Positions 16,923 through 25,647 of a DNA stretch of 32,000 bases are shown piece by piece. The notes under the pieces were generated by a model that saw nothing but the letters and a program-made list of their open reading frames with translations, had not been told where the DNA came from and searched no databases. Both the position numbers and the translations under genes were made by a program. The DNA comes from an uncultured Acidobacteriota bacterium (GTDB lineage Bacteria > Acidobacteriota > Vicinamibacteria > Vicinamibacterales > UBA2999). The stretch is from NCBI GenBank assembly GCA_963789815.1, contig CAWBMG010000002.1, forward strand, positions 65,997 to 97,996, read 5' to 3'. Each line of letters begins with the position of its first letter. Position 1 is the first letter of the stretch.

Positions 16923-18281
16923 ATGATGAATCGCGCAGGTATCGTGTGCGTGGCCGCGTGCGCTGGTGCCGTCGCGCTACTGGCCGGAACGGACGTCGCA
17001 GTTCGGGCGGCTGGGGCACGCATGATCCAAGTGGCGGAACTGCCGGACATGGCTCTGAGCACGTTCCACAACGGCGTGTTTCGTTTCGCCATTGACCAGA
17101 TTGTCGATGACCACGGCCTGCGCCTCGGGTCGCTTGGCAGCGACATCTTTCACGATCCCGACGACTCATACAACGAGTTTTGGGCCATCACCGACCGCGG
17201 ACCAAACGGAAATCCCGGTATGCGCACCTTCGTGGCCCCGAGATTCAACCCTGAGATTCTTCATGTTCGGGCGCAGTCCGACCGCATCACAATTTTGAGC
17301 GCTCTGCCGATCCTCGACGCGAGCGGCCTTCCCGTCACGGGACTGCCGAACGTAGAGACCTTCGATGAAACCCCCTTCAGCTTCGACGGAACGAGTGTCA
17401 TCGGTCTCAACCCCAACGGGCTGGACACCGAGGGCATCGTGCGGGTCCGCGATCAAAGCTTCTGGCTCGTCGACGAGTACAGTCCGTCACTGGTCCACGT
17501 GAACCGCGATGGCCGCATCCTCGATCGGTTCGTGCCAGAGGATTCCCAGCTTGCCTCGGTGCTCGCCACCACTCCCAACTACCGCGTCAGGAAGTACCTT
17601 CCGAAGATCCTCAACTTTCGACGGCAAAACCGCGGCTTCGAAGGTATTTCGATCACACCCGATGAAAGGACGCTCTTCATCGCCATGCAGAGCCCGCTCG
17701 AATACCCGACCAGGGTCCTTGGCCGAGCCTCCCGAATCATTCGGATTCTCAGATTCGACATCGGCTCTGAACGGGTGACGGGCGAGTTCGTGTACCAGTT
17801 CGACGAGGTCTGCGCGTTTCTCGGCCAGCAGGCGGGGTGCACGGTCGCCCCGGATGAAATGAAGATCTCGAGCCTCACTGCGATCAATGCCACTTCGTTC
17901 CTGGTCGACGAGCGGACCGACACTGCGGCCAAGGTCTACCGCGTGGACATTGCCAACGCCACGAACATCCTGGGCAGTCTTTGGGACACTGTCGCCTCTG
18001 CGCCGGGCGCCACCACGACGGCACTGGAAACGCTTTCGAATCCGGCGAGCCAGGGCATCACCGTTCTATCGAAGACGCTCGTCGTCGATCTGTCGGTCTT
18101 TGGACTACCAAACAAGATAGAGGGCATGGCCCTGGTACGACCGGGCGTCCTCGTGGTTGCCAACGACAACGACTTCGGGCTCGTCGACAACGCGACCTTC
18201 GACGCCAATCGCCGGCTGAGCAACGACACGCTGGTGAAGAGCAAGCTCTTCTACTTCGAGCTTCTCGATTCGCAGCAGTAA
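16923..18281 (+). CDS. Secreted esterase-like activity of phytase family protein
   Basis: 452 aa with signal peptide: LGSDIFHDPDDSYNEFWAITDRGPNGNP, FWLVDEYSPSLVHVNRDGRIL, NRGFEGISITPDERTLFIAMQSPLEYP, KIEGMALVRPGVLVVANDNDFGL. GGAG-like RBS upstream. Confidence 0.85.
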   Translation: MMNRAGIVCVAACAGAVALLAGTDVAVRAAGARMIQVAELPDMALSTFHNGVFRFAIDQIVDDHGLRLGSLGSDIFHDPDDSYNEFWAITDRGPNGNPGMRTFVAPRFNPEILHVRAQSDRITILSALPILDASGLPVTGLPNVETFDETPFSFDGTSVIGLNPNGLDTEGIVRVRDQSFWLVDEYSPSLVHVNRDGRILDRFVPEDSQLASVLATTPNYRVRKYLPKILNFRRQNRGFEGISITPDERTLFIAMQSPLEYPTRVLGRASRIIRILRFDIGSERVTGEFVYQFDEVCAFLGQQAGCTVAPDEMKISSLTAINATSFLVDERTDTAAKVYRVDIANATNILGSLWDTVASAPGATTTALETLSNPASQGITVLSKTLVVDLSVFGLPNKIEGMALVRPGVLVVANDNDFGLVDNATFDANRRLSNDTLVKSKLFYFELLDSQQ

Positions 18282-18314
18282 GGTCAGGGTTGCATCCCGT
18301 CATGCGCTCCGTCA

Positions 18315-19649
18315 TTAGACGGCGTGACTTCTGTGTAAGTGCTTGCCGAGCCGCATCCGTCGCGACGCTGTGTATCTACTCGGGGTGCAACAGCCCATGC
18401 GGCTGACTGGGATCGCTGTCGTGAAGCGCTCGATCAGCCGGACCCTACGTGTATGGATGATGGCTGTGTGGCCGGTCCCATCGATCTCGAGCAACGCTCG
18501 ACACACCTCAATCCTTGCATCCATGTTGGCGACTGTGAACAGGCTGACGACTGACGCCAGTTTCTCAGCGGCAAGGTAATTCTCGGCGGCCACCAACTCG
18601 GTCGGAATGACCAGCAGCTGAATCGTGTACGGCCGCTCAATATTCACCAACTTGGCTAGCGTCGCCGCATCCTGGCCAACGACTAGTGACATGAACCGCT
18701 GCGTCTGGGGATATACAGCCGCGTCTCGAAAACGGGCGCTCTCTGCTTCTGTCAAAACCGCGGCGCCGTGATGAATCAATTCGGCGATCAGGCACGCGCG
18801 GGCACTCGCCTCAACAACCAGATGATTTTCGGCTCCGCAAATCAAACCGTTGTCGAACGATTTACTCAGCACAACGCTGCGCGCCGCGTGTGGGAGGTCG
18901 GCGTCAGCGCTGATCAGCGCTGGTGCGTTACCCGGCCCCACACCGATCGCCGGCTTGCCAGACCGATACGCGGCCTTGACCATCGCCTGCCCGCCGGTCG
19001 CCAGCACCAACCCTACGTGCCGGTGACTCATCAGGGCAGCGGTGGTCTGCCGGCTGCTGCCAGCCCCTAGCCACTGCACAAGGTCGGTGGGCGCGCCAAC
19101 CTCGCGCAGGACCTCCTGGATCAGCTCACCGACCTGTTGCGACACGTGCCGTGCTCGCCGGCTGGGACTCAGAATGATGGCGTTGCGCCCCTTCAGAGCG
19201 ATCAAAACTTTGAAGATGAACGTCGCCACGGGGTGAGTCGCCGGCACCAGGCCAACGACCACTCCTACTGGGCTGGCGATCTCTGCCACGTGGCGCTCGT
19301 TGTCGAACGCGATTTCGCCGTACGCGATGTGCCCGGCCATGTGTGCGTAGACCCCCGCACTGGCGTTGAAGTTCTTCAACGTCTTATCACGTACATTCCC
19401 CATCCCGGTTTCGGCGACCGTGGCGACGGCCAACGGGTGAGCGTGGTCGGCGACGATGTTGCCCAGCGCGCGCAGGAGCTGATCAACCCGTCCCTCGTTC
19501 CAGCCCTCGATTTGGCGTTGCGCGGCACGCGCCTGGCTGACCAGCGCTTCTGCAACCGGGTCGTCTGGCGGGTTCGACGGCTCGATGAAGAGAGAGATTC
19601 GAGGTGCCTCTAGGACCTCGTGTGTCGGCGTACCTACGTGGTTCGGCAT
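18315..19649 (-). CDS. Aldehyde dehydrogenase family protein, CoA-acylating (AdhE/EutE-like), apparently 3'-truncated
   Basis: ATG at 19649: MPNHVGTPTHEVLEAPRISLFIEPSNPP...SPVGVVVGLVPATHPVATFIFKVLIALKGRNAIILSPSRRA...GVGPGNAPALISADADLPHAARSVVLSKSFDNGLICGAENHLVV (catalytic Cys context). The expected end after ...TPS (LTLGCG-type) is missing. Confidence 0.8.
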   Translation of the reverse strand: MPNHVGTPTHEVLEAPRISLFIEPSNPPDDPVAEALVSQARAAQRQIEGWNEGRVDQLLRALGNIVADHAHPLAVATVAETGMGNVRDKTLKNFNASAGVYAHMAGHIAYGEIAFDNERHVAEIASPVGVVVGLVPATHPVATFIFKVLIALKGRNAIILSPSRRARHVSQQVGELIQEVLREVGAPTDLVQWLGAGSSRQTTAALMSHRHVGLVLATGGQAMVKAAYRSGKPAIGVGPGNAPALISADADLPHAARSVVLSKSFDNGLICGAENHLVVEASARACLIAELIHHGAAVLTEAESARFRDAAVYPQTQRFMSLVVGQDAATLAKLVNIERPYTIQLLVIPTELVAAENYLAAEKLASVVSLFTVANMDARIEVCRALLEIDGTGHTAIIHTRRVRLIERFTTAIPVSRMGCCTPSRYTASRRMRLGKHLHRSHAV

Positions 19650-19662
19650 CGCTATCCTCGTT

Positions 19663-19956
19663 TCAAATTGAGTCGACTGAACGGCTCCCGGCACGGGCTT
19701 CTCCTTGCGTGTTGGGATCAACCGCGAACAGCCTCCTGTCGTCGCTGACCCTGACGAGTGCGACGTGATCGATCGCCCAGCCGATTGCGGTGATGAACTC
19801 GATAACCAGCCATGCGAGGACCCGCCGCGCACGCCTCCGATATGAGAGCGGTTTCGATGTCTGCTGATCGCATGCCCAGCCGAGCAACACGATAAGCAGG
19901 AGACCGAACGAGGCAAGCATCCGCTCGTGTAACGAGGTCTCAACGGTTTCCTTCAT
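19663..19956 (-). CDS. Small putative membrane protein, unknown function
   Basis: 97 aa with two hydrophobic stretches: MLASFGLLLIVLLGWA and RRVLAWLVIEFITAIGWAI. It is in a same-strand run with its neighbours. No family recognised. Confidence 0.4.
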   Translation of the reverse strand: MKETVETSLHERMLASFGLLLIVLLGWACDQQTSKPLSYRRRARRVLAWLVIEFITAIGWAIDHVALVRVSDDRRLFAVDPNTQGEARAGSRSVDSI

Positions 19957-19957
19957 C

Positions 19958-20164
19958 TCACTCCCCCATCACAATGCCCGGGTGATCGGCCGGTGCGGTC
20001 TTCCACAGCCGCGCGAGCATTTCCACCAGCTCACTGGCCGATCCGAAATGTGCGGTCCGGCCTGACGCGACATGTTCGACGCGCCCCTCGACACGCCCCA
20101 AGTCGAAGTCGGTTGCGGCTCGAAACTGCACGACAAAGGCGCCGACAACATGGAAGTGACTCAT
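19958..20164 (-). CDS. Small hypothetical protein
   Basis: 68 aa: MSHFHVVGAFVVQFRAATDFDLGRVEGRVEHVASGRTAHFGSASELVEMLARLWKT. Tightly packed between same-strand ORFs. Confidence 0.5.
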   Translation of the reverse strand: MSHFHVVGAFVVQFRAATDFDLGRVEGRVEHVASGRTAHFGSASELVEMLARLWKTAPADHPGIVMGE

Positions 20165-20176
20165 TGCGCGTCCTCC

Positions 20177-20383
20177 TTACTGAGCGACGACCAAGGCGTT
20201 GTGCACACCCTGCACACCGGCAATCTCTCGAGCCCGCACCTCGGCTAGGTGCTTGTCGCCCGCCGAGCGGACGACCCCCGTCAACGTGATACGTGCGTCC
20301 CGAACCAGGATGTGGATGGGATAGCCGCGCGGCTGCGTGCCCGGAAAGCCGGCGAACTGGAAAAGGTCGAAGCGAGCGCCCAT
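20177..20383 (-). pseudogene. C-terminal half of a BON-domain protein (5'-truncated)
   Basis: PRGYPIHILVRDARITLTGVVRSAGDKHLAEVRAREIAGVQGVHNALVVAQ is a BON C-terminal repeat. The N-terminal portion expected upstream is replaced by the opposing winged-helix gene. Confidence 0.6.
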
Positions 20384-20401
20384 CGCGCCACCAGGCGCAT
20401 A

Positions 20402-22073
20402 ACTCGAAAGCGTGTGCAGGAACTGCTCGACGCGGTATGGCCTGGAACGTTCGTCAGCGATACCGTTCTGAAGGACAGCATCAGGCAGGTTCGTGAGGCC
20501 CTCGATGATGACGCGACTTCGCCGCGCTTCATCGAAACCGCGCATCGGCGAGGCTACCGTTTCATCGGACGGCTGTCTGAGGACGCTGCGGTCTCCGGTT
20601 CCCAGCCCGACACGTCCGAGAAGCGTGCCAGCGGCGCAGTCGGCCCGCATGCCACTGGCGTCCTCGGACGCGAGGCGGAGCTGGCGAGCATGGACCGCTG
20701 CCTCGAACGCGCCCTGCAGGGAGAACGGCAGATCGTCTTCGTCACGGGCGAGCCCGGCATCGGGAAGACGACACTCGTGAGCGCGGTGCGGGACGTCGCC
20801 GCAGCTCGAGGGATCTGGATGGCGTGGGGCCAATGCCTCGAACAGTACGGCGCGGGTGAAGCGTACCTCCCGGTCCTCGATGGTCTGTCGCGACTCGGTC
20901 GCACACCGGCCGGAGGACGAATCACCGAGCTGCTGCGTCAGCACGCACCAACGTGGCTTCTCGAATTGCCTTCACTCGTTCCGGCAGCCGAGCGCGAGGC
21001 GCTGCGACAGCAGGTCATGGGAGCTACTCGCGAGCGCATGCTGCGTGAGCTCGCTGACGCCATCGAAGCCATCACGGTCGAGTCGCCGCTCATGATCGTG
21101 CTCGAAGACCTGCACTGGAGCGACTACTCGACGCTGGACCTGATCACCTATCTCGCCCGGCGCCGGGATCGCGCGCGGCTCATGGTGATTGGCACCTATC
21201 GGCCGGTCGATGTCATCCTCGGAGAGCATCCGCTCAAGGCGATCAAGCGCGAGCTGCAAGCGCACGGACTGTGCCGCGAGCTTCCGCTCGAGTACCTGAC
21301 GGAGGCTGCCGTCGAGCAGTACCTTGTGGTCACGCTCCCAGGCCACCAGCTTCCCAAATGGTTGTCGAGGCTCATTCACCGCCGTACCGAGGGCAACCCG
21401 CTGTTCATGGTGAATCTCGTCGAGTACCTGATCGCCGAAAGACTCATCGTCAAGCGTGAAGAAGACTGGCTGCTGCAAGGTAGTTTCGCGGACATCGAGT
21501 CCGGTATCCCTGAGAACGTCAGACAGCTCATCGAGAAGCAGATCGATCGTCTGAGCGCGGACGAAAGACGCGTGTACTCGAAGGCGCGAGCGTCGTGGGC
21601 ATGGAGTGTTCATCGGTGGCGATCGGTGCTGGACTCGAAGAGGCGACTGACTGGGTCGATCACCACTGCGAAGCGCTCGTGCGACGGCATCAGTTCCTGT
21701 CTCCGGCCAGGCTGGTCGAGTTGCCGGACGGCACGATTACGCCGCGCTACAAGTTCAGTCACATTCTCTATCTCGAGGTGCCGTATCGCCTGATACCGGC
21801 GATGCGACGAGCACACATACACCAGCGAATTGGCCACAGCGGCGAAGCCATCTATGGGGGGCGCGTCGGCGAAATCGCGGCGGAGTTGGCCATGCACTTC
21901 GAGCAAGGACACGACGCGAGGCGCGCGCCCGCCTCTACTCGCCCCAGGGCAAGCGCGTCGAGGCGATGCGTCTTGTCAAGCCTGTTGTCGAGTGGTTCAC
22001 CGAAGGCCACGACACCGCGGACTTAAGAGCGGCTCGGACCATCTTGAGCGAGGTTTCCGGGCAGACGTCGTAG
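20402..22073 (+). pseudogene. Decayed winged-helix (OmpR/PhoB-type) + AAA ATPase transcriptional regulator
   Basis: TRKRVQELLDAVWPGTFVSDTVLKDSIRQVREALDDDATSPRFIETAHRRGYRFIG (second half of the wHTH), GEPGIGKTTL, LMIVLEDLHWSDYSTLDL. The frame breaks at 21574..21577 and continues in ORF 21595..22026 (GMECSSVAIGAGLEEATDWVD...AAELAMHFEQGHDA). It then jumps to a third frame reading ARLYSPQGKRVEAMRLVKPVVEWFTEGHDTADLRAARTILSEVSGQTS* (stop 22071..22073). Confidence 0.75.
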
Positions 22074-22489
22074 CCACCTCAAAGAGCCGCGTCGCATGAC
22101 GTGCGGCACGACGCTCTGAGGTGACTCTCCTGCCGGAAGCGTTCCGCTGACAAGATCGGCGCATTCTTCATTCACCGGCTTGACAGATGACGGGGGTTGC
22201 TAAGTGGAAATACAACAGGTGATGAACAGAGTGGATCTCGCATTCGGGTGAGAGGCGGATCACCTCTACCTCGACGTAGCGCACACTCTGCCCGCGTCTG
22301 ACGACACAGCCGCAGTCGAGTGTCGCCGTGTGGCCTGATGAAAGGTCGCCAAGAAAGCGTCGTGTATTCATATTCGGATCGTAGACTTCTAGTTGTGACG
22401 ACCGCGTGTGGTCGCTGATCAAACAGCGTAAACGCGTACTCACGTCCGCACACGACAATGGAAAGGTCTGGCCCTGGTAATATCCAGTC

Positions 22490-23503
22490 GTGTCCTCGAA
22501 TCCTCTAATCCGCGCTTTTAGCGGACTCATCGGTTCACGGCGCGTCGTGGAGTCGGTCGTGCCACGACGGAGCTTCGACGACGTGATCCTTTCGCCGAAA
22601 ACCCGCCAGACGCTGGATCACGCGCTTGCGCACGTCACCAGGCACGACCTGATTTTCAACCGGTGGGGGCTGGGCGAGCGGCATCCGACGGGAATGGCTC
22701 TCGCATTCAACTTCGCAGGTCCGCCAGGCACCGGGAAAACGATCTGCGCCGAGGCGATTGCCCACGCGCTGGGCCGCCGGCTGCTCATCGTCCGCTATGC
22801 CGAGGTGGAGTCCATGTGGATGGGCGAGACGCCGAAGAACGTCGGGGCGATCTTCCGGCTGGCGCGTGAAGAGAACGCGGTGCTTCTGTTCGACGAAGCC
22901 GATACTATCGCCTCGCGGCGGTCCACCTCGATGGAGCACGGGTTCCTGCGCGAGACGAACACCGTGGTCAATGTGCTACTCAAAGAACTGGAATCCTTCC
23001 ACGGGGTGGTGATCTTTGCAACGAACCTCGCCGCGAACTTCGACCCCGCGTTCGAGCGACGCATCCGGACGCACGTGTTGTTCGAAATCCCCGAGGTTGA
23101 CGAACGCGAGCAGATCTGGCGTGTGCAGATGCATCCGACGCTCACGCCGCTTGCAGACGACGTGAACTTTCGTAAGCTGGCGGAGCAGTACGAAACGAGC
23201 GGAGGAGATATCCGAAACGCTGTGCTGAACGCCGCTCTGGCGGCGGCAGGTGAATCCGGCAACGACGCGTTCAAAGCGATTCATCATCACCACTTGGAGG
23301 ACGGGATTCGCCACGCATTGGCCGGCAAACGAGTCATGCGGCAGTCGTTGTTCCATCCGGAGGAATCACGCCCCGAGATCGGGCCGCGGTCGGCTCTTGA
23401 GGAGATCACGGCGGGGCTGAAGCCCACTGCATGGGCCAATCTGGTCAGCCTCGCAGCGCTTCTGATTGCCCTCGCCGCGCTGATCATCGCGATACTGCGC
23501 TGA
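22490..23503 (+). CDS. AAA+ family ATPase with C-terminal transmembrane segment
   Basis: 337 aa from GTG: AFNFAGPPGTGKTICAEAIAHALG (Walker A), AVLLFDEADTIASRR (Walker B), ATNLAANFDPAFERRIRTHVLFEIP, C-terminal ANLVSLAALLIALAALIIAILR. Confidence 0.88.
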   Translation: MSSNPLIRAFSGLIGSRRVVESVVPRRSFDDVILSPKTRQTLDHALAHVTRHDLIFNRWGLGERHPTGMALAFNFAGPPGTGKTICAEAIAHALGRRLLIVRYAEVESMWMGETPKNVGAIFRLAREENAVLLFDEADTIASRRSTSMEHGFLRETNTVVNVLLKELESFHGVVIFATNLAANFDPAFERRIRTHVLFEIPEVDEREQIWRVQMHPTLTPLADDVNFRKLAEQYETSGGDIRNAVLNAALAAAGESGNDAFKAIHHHHLEDGIRHALAGKRVMRQSLFHPEESRPEIGPRSALEEITAGLKPTAWANLVSLAALLIALAALIIAILR

Positions 23504-23528
23504 CCCCGGGTAGACAGCCCGCCGAAGA

Positions 23529-24737
23529 TCATAACCAGGTGCCACCCTGCCGCTCGCTGGGTTCCTGAGTGCTGGCGTCGAACTCATGGATCCAGGCCAG
23601 GTGATGCAGGGCGCCCTCGGACGATCCGAGCCGGGCGTTGCGCTGGTCGGCGTTGTCGCCATCGGGCAGGTGCAGGACGTCGGCGGTGCTGATCGACGCG
23701 TACTGGACCTTGCGCGTGCGACCGCGGCGAAGCCTCTCGTAGCGCTCGATCGCCTCGGCGAATGGGCCCGATCCGGCTTCGCCAAGACAGGCGGCAAGCA
23801 CGACGGCGTCCTCTATCGACTGGTTGGCTCCCTGCCCATGGTGCGGCGCCAGCGCGTGTGCGGCGTCCCCCAGCAGTGTCACGCGCCCCCTGGTCCATCG
23901 GCCGAGCGGTGGACGATGGAACAGGCCCCAACGGTCGCTCACGGGCCTTGCCGTGATCATCTCGACGACCGCAGGATGCCACTGGGCAAAGTGGCGCAAC
24001 TGTTCTCCCTCGGTCGCCGGCATCACCCAGTCGCGTCGCGGCCATGGTGTTGGGTGGCGCTCCACCAGCAGAAAATTGATGTGGTTGTTGCCCATGGGGT
24101 AGTGCAACAGGTGCCCGCCCGGCCCGATCCAGAACTGAATCGCAGTCGGGTCCGGCAGGCTCGGTAGCTTGTCCATTGGCACCACGCCGCGAAACCCGCT
24201 GCACCCGGAGTACAGTGCGTCGTCATAGCCGAGCATCCAGCGCCGTACGAACGAGCGCGCGCCGTCGGCGCCGACGACGAGATCGGCTTCGATGGTGCTG
24301 CCGTCGTCGAAGCGCAGCACCGTGCGTGCGCCGGTGTCGTCGATGCCGACGAGGCGCTTGCTCAGGTGAATGCGATCCAGCCCTACGGCCGCGGACAGGA
24401 TCGCCTGCAGCTCAGCGCGATGAATACCGACGTACGGCGCCCCGAAGCGCTGGCGGTAGGCTGGCCCCGCTTGATGTTCGGCGATGAGGCGGCCGCTGCG
24501 GCCATCTCGGTAGATCAGCGCGGACACCTCGAACCAGCGCGAGGCGAATTGCGGCTCGAGCCCGAACCGCTCAAAGAAGCGAGTCGCGTTGCCCGACAAC
24601 GCCACCGCGGCGCCGACCTCGCGCAGCTCGGCGGTCTGTTCGTAGATGTCGACGTTGAGGCCGTACGGGCGCAGTGCGATCGCCAGGGTCAGCCCGCCAA
24701 TGCCACCACCGATCACTGCGATGCGACGCCTATCCAT
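23529..24737 (-). CDS. FAD-dependent monooxygenase (salicylate/3-hydroxybenzoate hydroxylase-like)
   Basis: MDRRRIAVIGGGIGGLTLAIALRPYGLNVDIYEQ (GxGxxG), DLVVGADGARSFVR (DG motif), RGRVTLLGDAAHALAPHHGQGANQSIEDAVVLA (GD motif). ATG at 24737; in-frame ATGs further upstream are possible. Confidence 0.9.
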   Translation of the reverse strand: MDRRRIAVIGGGIGGLTLAIALRPYGLNVDIYEQTAELREVGAAVALSGNATRFFERFGLEPQFASRWFEVSALIYRDGRSGRLIAEHQAGPAYRQRFGAPYVGIHRAELQAILSAAVGLDRIHLSKRLVGIDDTGARTVLRFDDGSTIEADLVVGADGARSFVRRWMLGYDDALYSGCSGFRGVVPMDKLPSLPDPTAIQFWIGPGGHLLHYPMGNNHINFLLVERHPTPWPRRDWVMPATEGEQLRHFAQWHPAVVEMITARPVSDRWGLFHRPPLGRWTRGRVTLLGDAAHALAPHHGQGANQSIEDAVVLAACLGEAGSGPFAEAIERYERLRRGRTRKVQYASISTADVLHLPDGDNADQRNARLGSSEGALHHLAWIHEFDASTQEPSERQGGTWL

Positions 24738-24910
24738 TGCGCACATATGGAAGCGGATAGTAAACCGGGCCCGGGGCGATTTCACTGCTTTCGCAACCTT
24801 GGCGCTCGGGCTAGGATCGGCGGGCGTGCTCTCGAAGGTCGTCGGTGGCCGAAGCGCTCACGGGCGTTCGGCTAAGGCGCGAATGCAAACGACGGTAGGA
24901 GGGTGACTTC

Positions 24911-25547
24911 ATGGGCGTTCGATTATTCGTGCTATTGCTTGTGTCCCTGCCTGCGATCGCGCAGGCACAAACCGCGCTGCCGCCGGATATCAACCCAGTA
25001 ACACTGTCGCGGCTGCCGCCGGTCACGCCGGAAGATCTCGACGAGGAAGGGCGGCGGGTACTGGCCCAAAGGCCCGCGGTCAAGCCGGGGCCGGGCCCCA
25101 CACACGTCACGAGTTACAGCCCGAGGGAGCGCAGCCTCGGTATTCCCACGGGCGTGGATAGCCCCGTCGGCCCGCGGTACTTTCAGCTTGCGGTGCTCAT
25201 CATCGCGAGAGAAATCGACCAGCAGTACCGAGTGGTCCGCCCACGAGCCCGCGGGCTTGAGGCAAGGACTCGAGCAGTCGGTCATCGACGTCGTCAGGTA
25301 CAACAAGGATGTGGCGGGCCTATCCGACAAGGACGCCACGCTCATCACCTTTGGACGCACGTTGTATCGCGAGCACCGCGTGAGCAGCGAGTTGTGGCAA
25401 AAGATGGTCGGACATTTCGGGCGCCAGCACACGGTGCAGCTCATGATGATCATGGGCGACTACTTCAGAGTGGGCTTCATGATGAACGCTGTCGATCAGC
25501 ACCTTCCGCCGGAGCGGAAGGCGCTGCTGCCGCTGTTGAGTCGATGA
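24911..25547 (+). CDS. Carboxymuconolactone decarboxylase family protein, secreted, with a +1 frameshift near 25226..25229
   Basis: MGVRLFVLLLVSLPAIAQAQTALPPDINPVTLSRLPPV...VGPRYFQLAVLIIAREIDQQY in one frame, then EWSAHEPAGLRQGLEQSVIDVVRYNKDVAGLSDKDATLITFGRTLYREHRVSSELWQKMVGHFGRQHTVQLMMIMGDYFR in the next. Confidence 0.8.
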
Positions 25548-25647
25548 CCGACGAGGGCGAAAGCCCGAAACAGGGTTATAGAACTGGCAAGGCCGCGGCG
25601 CAACTCGCTGGTAACGACGACCAACGGTTTGGTAGCATGCGCACTGG

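Noticed and set aside
18768-19613. Plus-strand ORFs inside the aldehyde dehydrogenase gene
   Set aside because: Antisense to clear ALDH motifs.
19663-19956. Possible remnant of a NupC-type nucleoside transporter N-terminus (LHERMLASFGLLLIVLLGWA)
   Set aside because: The similarity is limited to a short hydrophobic stretch. Too weak to claim.
20384-20944. Upstream part of the 255-aa minus-strand ORF 20177..20944
   Set aside because: It is antisense to the winged-helix/AAA gene. Only the last ~68 aa show a recognisable BON domain.
22168-22530. 120-aa and 93-aa minus-strand ORFs upstream of the AAA+ ATPase
   Set aside because: No recognisable motif, and the 120-aa ORF overlaps the start of the AAA+ gene. 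Not listed as genes, though not fully excluded.
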